Origin: Podarcis filfolensis
Lineage: Eukaryota
Length of the DNA stretch: 64,000 nt
Assembly: GCA_964270895.1 (NCBI GenBank)
Contig: OZ185436.1
Direction: 5' to 3' (one strand)
The number at the start of each line of letters is the position of its first letter. The stretch's first letter is position 1. The notes below the pieces were generated by a model, which had not been told where the DNA came from, did not search any database, and worked only from the letters and a program-made list of their open reading frames with translations. The translations under genes and the position numbers were made by a program. This document shows positions 57,092 to 64,000 of this stretch, piece by piece.

Positions 57092-60000
57092 CAGATAAAT
57101 ATGGTGCTGATAATGTCAAGGTTGCAGATAAGATGGTGGAAATGTGATGTCACACTTACGTATTTGCTTCATTAGCACCGTTAGGGTACAGTTTCTTGAT
57201 TTCCCTTCTTTTCACATTACCTCTCATATTTACCTGTTCTGTATCACGTCTACAGGTAAAAAACATGTTTGCTGTCTGTTCGCAGGCTTTCCTCACCAAC
57301 TTCCTCTAGCAATTACCTGTTCTTTATAATGCAAAAATTACATGCTCACACGAATATGTTTCAGTTATCTTAAAACTGCAAAACCTTCTCTGGTGTGATT
57401 ATAATAATAGCTATGTTTTCTCAAACACAACATAAAAAGTTTCTTGGACAGCAATATTACTGCATTTAGCAGATGTTAGAAAGCTATCAGTAAAGAACAC
57501 ATTTTTTACATTGACTTCTTACACAATACAGCCATGACAAATGTGTTCAGGGGTGTATCTTGACTAATATGATATACTTTTGACTAAGAGCATCTGTACA
57601 GACAGAAAAGAGAGTTAAACTTTTTAATAAGATGATGATAATAAAAAATTTATACCCTGCCCATCTGGCTAGGTTTTGTTAGCTACTTGCGTCTTTTGCA
57701 AAGACAAAAATGTAGAATATAGTATAAACATTTTCATAAATAAATGCAGATTATGTGGTGTTTTGATTCGTTTTATAGACAGTTCCTGTGCATGCATCCA
57801 TTTGCAACCAGGTAAGATCCTGAAGAAATATTTTATTAGCTGGTTAAGTGATCCAAGCTTTGCTAAAAGATCTAATGGATCAATTCCCTGCAGGAATTTA
57901 AATTAACAGGAGAATTTTGACATCACAGAATGTTCTGGATTGGACCTGGGGTTTAGCTACCCCCTGGGATATAACTGGCCAACCTTTTGGGACCAATGAG
58001 CACATTTGGAATATTGAGAAAATGCCATGTGTGCCAATCGCAAAATAGCTGTGGCGTAATGCAAAATGGCTGCCACATCCAAAAGAGCAGTAAAAGAAAA
58101 AGAATGGTGCCTCATCAGCTGGGGGTGGGGAAGAGCACCTACATGAGCTACCACTGCACTTGTTCACAGAGAGAGCTTCTTTTGATGTCTCCTCTGCTCA
58201 AAACAGATGGGACTGTGGGTATCAAATCCTGGCTTAAGGTGGGTGAGTACATAAACGCCTTTTTTATTTATTTACACAGTGCCAGCTCAATGTTTTGAAA
58301 ATATAAGATGTTACAGAGCTGTGGTATATTTAAATTTAAATTTCATTCAACATACTTTAAAAATCCCACTCTTATGCGGCCCTGGTTTACCAATGCCCTC
58401 CCCATGGGCACCAGTGCCCCCACCAAGTCCTACTGCAGTGCCTACTTCCATTCTCTTTGGGTTATGTCTCTTTGGCTAGGCCTAGAGTGGGCCTGAGCAC
58501 GCCCATTTGCAATACTCAGTTTTGATTGGATGCCGGGAATAGTGGGTCGTGGTTGTGATTGGATGCCTCCCCTCTTGTCTCGATGCAACAGAGACTTCAC
58601 TTGGAGAAGAGGCACCACTAGGCTTTGGTGAGCAAGCCATGGTGACCATGGTACATAGAGGTTTGAGGGGACGATGTCAGAACTTGTGAGGCCCACCTCA
58701 TGCCAGCAGCTGCAGTACTGAGCACTTGCCCAAAGTGTTGTTTTGGGCCTGGCTAAAGGGACTTAAAAAAAACCTGAAGAAGGGGGTTTAGTTCTTTGTT
58801 TACACTTGAGGTAGTGCCAGGGGAAAGGGGGGGGACTCCCTTTGCTTGGCTGCCTTCACAGAAGCTGCTTCTCCTGTTCCAGAGCGGACAGATGCTTGTT
58901 CACATTTTAGAAAGGGGGTGCTGGAGATGGCAGGGTGGATTCCCACCCACTGGCTTGCCTCCACATAGCCTGAGTGCTTGCTTGCCCCCCAATGGTCACT
59001 TTTTCTTTAAAAGGGTTGCTGGAATCTCTGGGGCATGCCTCACTCCGGACTGTTAGAAGTTGCCTTGTACCAGCTCCAGCCCTTGGTATATTTGGCTCAG
59101 TATTGCCTACTTTGCTGTTTGGCTGTGGTTTCGCACTGAGGACATTTCCATCCCTTACCTGGAGATGTCAGGGAATGAACCCAAGACCTTCTGCACTCAA
59201 AGTAGATGCCTGCCATTGAGCTATGGCCCTTCCCCATTGGTTTGCCCTTCTTCCCTGTGAAAGTGGTATGTTACTGGCTTCAGGATTTCTCCTTCATTTT
59301 CACCAGTGTGTGGGGGGTGGGGGTGGGGGTGTTCAATAGAATGAAGGCAGACCTGTGCCCCCTCCACCCTGAACTTACCTGAAATCTATTCATGCAGTAT
59401 AGCTTCACATGAAAACTTTTCCTTCACAAGCATGATCTTTACGCAAGATATGTCCAAAAGCAGCATCAGGCACAGAACACATCTGTCTCAATGAACTTTG
59501 AAAAAATAAAAATTACAGATACGTTGCTCTTTAGCGCCAACCCAAATCTGTGGTGTGGAGCCATATGGATCTTTGTGATCTTTACAAGGACACACCCCCC
59601 CCCCCAAGAAAAACCTATAGACATATAAAATTTGTAGGTGTGGACTCAGATTTGATTGTGGTTTGGAGCAGATGAGAAAATAATAAGAATTGACACATCT
59701 GTGGCATGGGATGCGCTGGATCTCTGATTTCAGTCCATTGCGACAAATGTGATCTGTGATTTGACAGTGCTTGTTGAACATCAAGTATAAAAACCATGCC
59801 AAAGTACTTCAGTCTCCCTAGTGTCTAGGTAATTCAGGAGAAACTCACTTTTTTTGGTGGCGAAGGAGGTTTCTGGAATATGCTTGGCTGTTTACATACC
59901 CATGTTGCAAACATTTTTAATTAGTCTTCTCTGCACCATTTTTTGGTTGTGTCTCTTCTGCTCTTTTAGATGTGACAGACATTTTGTGATGTGTCATGCC

Positions 60001-62847
60001 CAACAATAGCCACTTTGTGATATGCCACACGCTACATGGCAGCTATTTTGCAACTGCTACCCACATCCCTTTATCAAAATTATAAATGTGTCCTGAAGTT
60101 CAAAAAATTTGGCAACCCCTGGGTGTTCACCCTCCCAGTGTGACAACAAAACAACAGCAGAAGGTATTAGAAATATATTAAACAATAAGATGAAGTGACA
60201 ACAACATTAAGTAACATTAAAAACAACACCAGAAGATAAACTTGTTATTAAAATGCAGTGCCATAAAATCACCCAAAAGCTCACTGGATTTTTTTAATGG
60301 TTTTTCTCAAAGCCAGCAAAGTCCTAGAGAGGATATGTCAAACACAGGATACTGTGAAAAGATTGTGCAAGTGTTTTCACAGATGCCACCACAGAGAAGG
60401 CCCTGTCCCTGATAACTATTCAGTTAATTTATATACAGTTATGATGTTCTGAAATGAAACATCAAGATCTATACTGATCTGAATTAACACTATATATTTC
60501 TAAACAAAAAAATTAGCAAGCTCCATGGGGATGACCCAGACTGTCCAGGAGGCTCTTGTCCTGAGATACAGCAACGGTTTCGTTGGGGCCTGTCTTGCTG
60601 CCTATGTTGTCTAATTATGTTTCTCTCTCAGCATATCTCATCCCAGGCCATCACTGCAACATCATATCATCAAAGTGGGAACATGTCTGCCCAGGTAGGG
60701 ATTTTTTTCAAAGGAGAGGTTACTGCTGAACTTGGGATATATTTAGAGAAAATGCTTACAATTGGTCTCAGTGGCCTTTTGGGGAGCATAAAGCATAAGC
60801 CTTGAGAAGCCCATTCCTGGCCACCTGTGTGACAATCACCAGAGAATCCAAATGGCTGAGAAAGCCAATCAGTTTGGAAAGAAACTGGCAAGTATAGGGA
60901 GGAGGAGGGCAGAGGGTAAGGAAACCAGCATATCCCTCATGCATTTCCCCATCTGATCCTTTGACTTGGACATTTTTGTAGGTGGTGAAGAAGAAGAGTC
61001 TTGGGAGTGTTAAGCGTCCACGGAAGTTCTTCCTGTGCTCTCTCAGGGCTCTGTCCATGCCTGGCCGCCAGTACCAAGCCTTGCCTAGTGCCTTTCTTGG
61101 TGACTATGATGCCAGCACCCGCTACACCAGCACCAAGAATACCAAGATGCCTCATTCAGTGAGTGAGTGACATGACCCGTCCCCCAAGTCTCTCCTCTGT
61201 CCTTCATCAGGCTACCCTGTTTGTTGGTATTTACCATCAGGGTCAATTTCTACTCACCTTACTAGTCATGCGCACCCTATTCCGGACCCTGCTGCCAACA
61301 TTTGCTGGGCAAGTTGCCTAGAGTAACAATATGGCTCTGCTTTAATCTGGAGGCAGAAGTTAGGGCCACAGTTGCTCTTGCAAAGCTGTACAAATCCCTT
61401 GGCATCCCTGCGTCTCAAAAGATCCACTTGCCACCTGTTGAACTCAACAGCTGGCCAACTGCACCAGCTGGACCAGGTCAACCTTTGACACTCAGCCGCT
61501 CTTCCTCATACTGCAGATGTATTTAGGCTCAGTGGACTGGGCCTGCCTGTGTACCTGCTTTCTCCACCAGCCCTCATCTGCAAATAGTTCATGACTAACA
61601 ACTTTCCCAGCCCTTTCCCCCATATACTTATTTGCTATGAAAGCCCACCTTTCCCCTTAAGAACCTTATAGCTGCTGCAGATAGTTGTTGACAATCCCCA
61701 TCCACCATCAACCTTCCAACTTTAACTTCTATACAAGAAAGGGCTTCCCACAATTTAAACACTTATATGCTTCATGCAGCAAGCACATCCAGAACACAAG
61801 CTTCTTGGCCACAACTCATATATTTGAGCTTTTATTCCATGGGCCAGAAATAAGGGCATACAGCAATGCTCACGAAATCCACTACCTGGTTCAATTTTAT
61901 CCCCATGTCCCACTATCAGAAAGGAAAGTATAAAGACAGGATCGAAAGATCCTGCTTACCTCAGAGAACATTGGCTGTTTCCTATTACCCTTTTACTTCT
62001 ATAGGGGTGTGGCAGAACACTGTCAGAACAATTTCCTCATTTCTAATGTGTGGGGCTAAATATATGAGTGAGATAAGAGCGCAAGAAAGGAAATTCCATG
62101 CTCAGATAACTGTTAATGAAGTAACAAATTAGAGATTAATTCACTTTATTGCTACCTACTTAGTACAGGCCAGTGACTTTCTTCCCGTCACTATTGTGCC
62201 AAGCATTTATTAGTGTAGGACTCGCAAATGGCCTTTTATATCTCTAGGAAGAGTGTTCACAAATATGTGTAGCAGTGCATTCTTGACTGGACCAAGTCTT
62301 ACCTCCCATATCACCCCAGAGGGCTGTGAGTCAGCTTGAGCCGGAATTCACAGTGGCTGGCCAAGCACTAAGGCCTGTAGCTGACTCAGCTACCAGGCCC
62401 CGAAATGAGTAGTGTCGTATCATGTCAGAGGTGTAGTACATCTGACTTGAAAGTGGACCTCACGAGAAGTCAGATCATGGCTTGATTAGGGCAAGGGAAA
62501 CAAGGACTGTGCTAGCAGCCTGGATGACGCCAGATCAAAACAAATGTAGTGGCGAGAAGGAAAGGCATGTGCTTTCCTCAGTTTCCTTGTGGTGCAACAC
62601 ATGTGCATGTACACACATGGGAACACATAAGCACACACACACTCACTAACAAAGTGTGTGTTGGCTCTTTTGAGACAATTATCCAGGATAATCTTTATGC
62701 AGATTACGGGGATCCGATGGAGGGAGCAGATTGGACGCCTGTGTTTATTAAAATATGGATTTTGATCTCCTGTGTGGAGAGAGTGAGGCTGTGCGGGGGA
62801 GAGGGTGGCACTGAGCCGGCGAGGGGGTGCTTACTGCTGTAGTTCTG

Positions 62848-62854
62848 TATAAAT
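62848..62854 (+). promoter_or_regulatory. TATA box upstream of putative PCP2 exon
   Basis: TATAAAT about 165 nt before the ATG at 63015, with no intervening ATG. Confidence 0.5.
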
Positions 62855-63014
62855 CACTAAGAGCAGCGGGCATCAGGACTGTCAGAGTGGCCAGAGGGCA
62901 GGGAAAGTGCACAGCGCCGACAGGTCCTGTACCACCAACTCAAGGGGATAAACAGCTTTTTCGCTGGGGGAAGGAACCTATTTTGAGCAGTACTTACAGG
63001 AGGGGTGTTTCACA

Positions 63015-63143
63015 ATGACAACAGTAGAAGCCAAAACTGAAGAGGAGGAGAAAAAGGAGCCAGATTCAGCACCAGCTCCAGCTCCAGAGGCATTGCCAGA
63101 GGCAGCGCCAGAGGCAGCACCAGCATCCAACCCATCAAGCGGG
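63015..63143 (+). CDS. PCP2: Probable first coding exon of Purkinje cell protein 2 (L7/GPSM4); gene continues beyond the window
   Basis: MTTVEAKTEEEEKKEPDSAPAPAPEALPEAAPEAAPASNPSSG with a phase-0 GTAAGG donor and good ATG context (ACAATGA). EAKTEE resembles the EEKTEE N-terminus of mammalian PCP2, which neighbours STXBP2. No GoLoco motif is visible, so identity is inferred. Confidence 0.5.
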
Positions 63144-64000
63144 GTAAGGTTGGCCTGGACATGGTGGGACGGGCTGCAAATAGAGGTCTTCATCCAGTTT
63201 TTCCACTGCTGTGGGACTTAGAATGTCTGTGGCAGCCATTGAGTTTGGGCTCAGGGGTGGGGGAATGGGCTGGGGGAGTGGCATTTATCCAAAAATAGGG
63301 TTGGCCGATAGAAGCGAAAGAAGTAGGAGTCATTTATGGACAGGTGGGACCCACAATTAATTGGATACCGTTTGAAAAGAAAATGCGTCACACATTCTGT
63401 TCTGGTAGCATTCTGACATGTCCATTTCTGATGGCTCTCTCCCACTCCTTTCATTTGGTGCTCAGATGTCAACCTTCTCTCCTTTATTAGTTTCCTCATT
63501 ATGTTCTGCCCTTTCCCTCCACATCTGATAGTCATTCTTAGTTGGTTGTGTGCAATGGGGCACTTTCTTCCAGTTATGGTTTTCTGTGTGACTACATTGC
63601 CAGCGTCTATTTGTCTATAACCCCTGTGTGTTTCTGTCATCCATGGCCTTGCTTTCTTGTGTGACATTGATTCATGTTTTCATGAGCATTACTCAATAAC
63701 CCTTTCCTTCAGTGACTTCACTTTATGGATTGGTATATTTCTGACCACATTTAAATGTGAGAACTAATGATATAAAGTTGATATAATTGAAAGAAACTAT
63801 AATATGAACAGGTTGGTTTTTTCTCCAGCTAATTGGCAATTACATGCGAGTGCATGTACAAACACAAAATCCTTTTATCAACGTTAAAAGTTAAAGAAAA
63901 ATGCTGTCAAAGTGATACCCAGCTTGATGGGGTAGCAGTTCTGCACAACGAGGTCTAGATTCTTTGGTTCTTGGGACCTTTCTAGTCATATGGTACTTCA

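Noticed and set aside
1-64000. CRISPR arrays, rRNA operons, endogenous non-retroviral virus genes, and PET100/XAB2/MCEMP1 exons
   Set aside because: None was recognisable on either strand by eye. A translated homology search would be needed to exclude very decayed fragments.

Overview
Squamate genomic DNA, probably from a lacertid lizard (inferred from the repeat families). It corresponds to the mammalian PCP2-STXBP2-RETN neighbourhood. Genes: (1) a complete resistin-family gene (RETN, minus strand, 3 coding exons at 4799-2328, 112 aa); (2) a complete 19-exon STXBP2/Munc18-2 gene (plus strand, 13661-51413, 590 aa) with a CpG-island promoter and a 21.9-kb first intron; (3) a probable first coding exon of PCP2/L7 (63015-63143), with the rest outside the window. 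The remainder is dense in repeats: Sauria/Squam SINEs, tRNA-Lys, tRNA-Ile and 5S-headed SINEs, CR1, L1 and L2 fragments, Tigger-like and Tc2-like MITEs, an internally deleted hAT element and a solo LTR. There is a 172-N assembly gap. Most notable observations: a diverged ~1.1-kb duplicated block (about 250-1390 vs 7010-8130) that looks like the RETN promoter plus short non-coding exon 1, implying a further tandem resistin-like gene just left of the window; STXBP2 inverted relative to RETN compared with human; two Tc2-like MITEs sharing termini but carrying unrelated hairpin cores; and orphan exon-like segments upstream of the PCP2 candidate. I found no evidence of a wholly new gene system.
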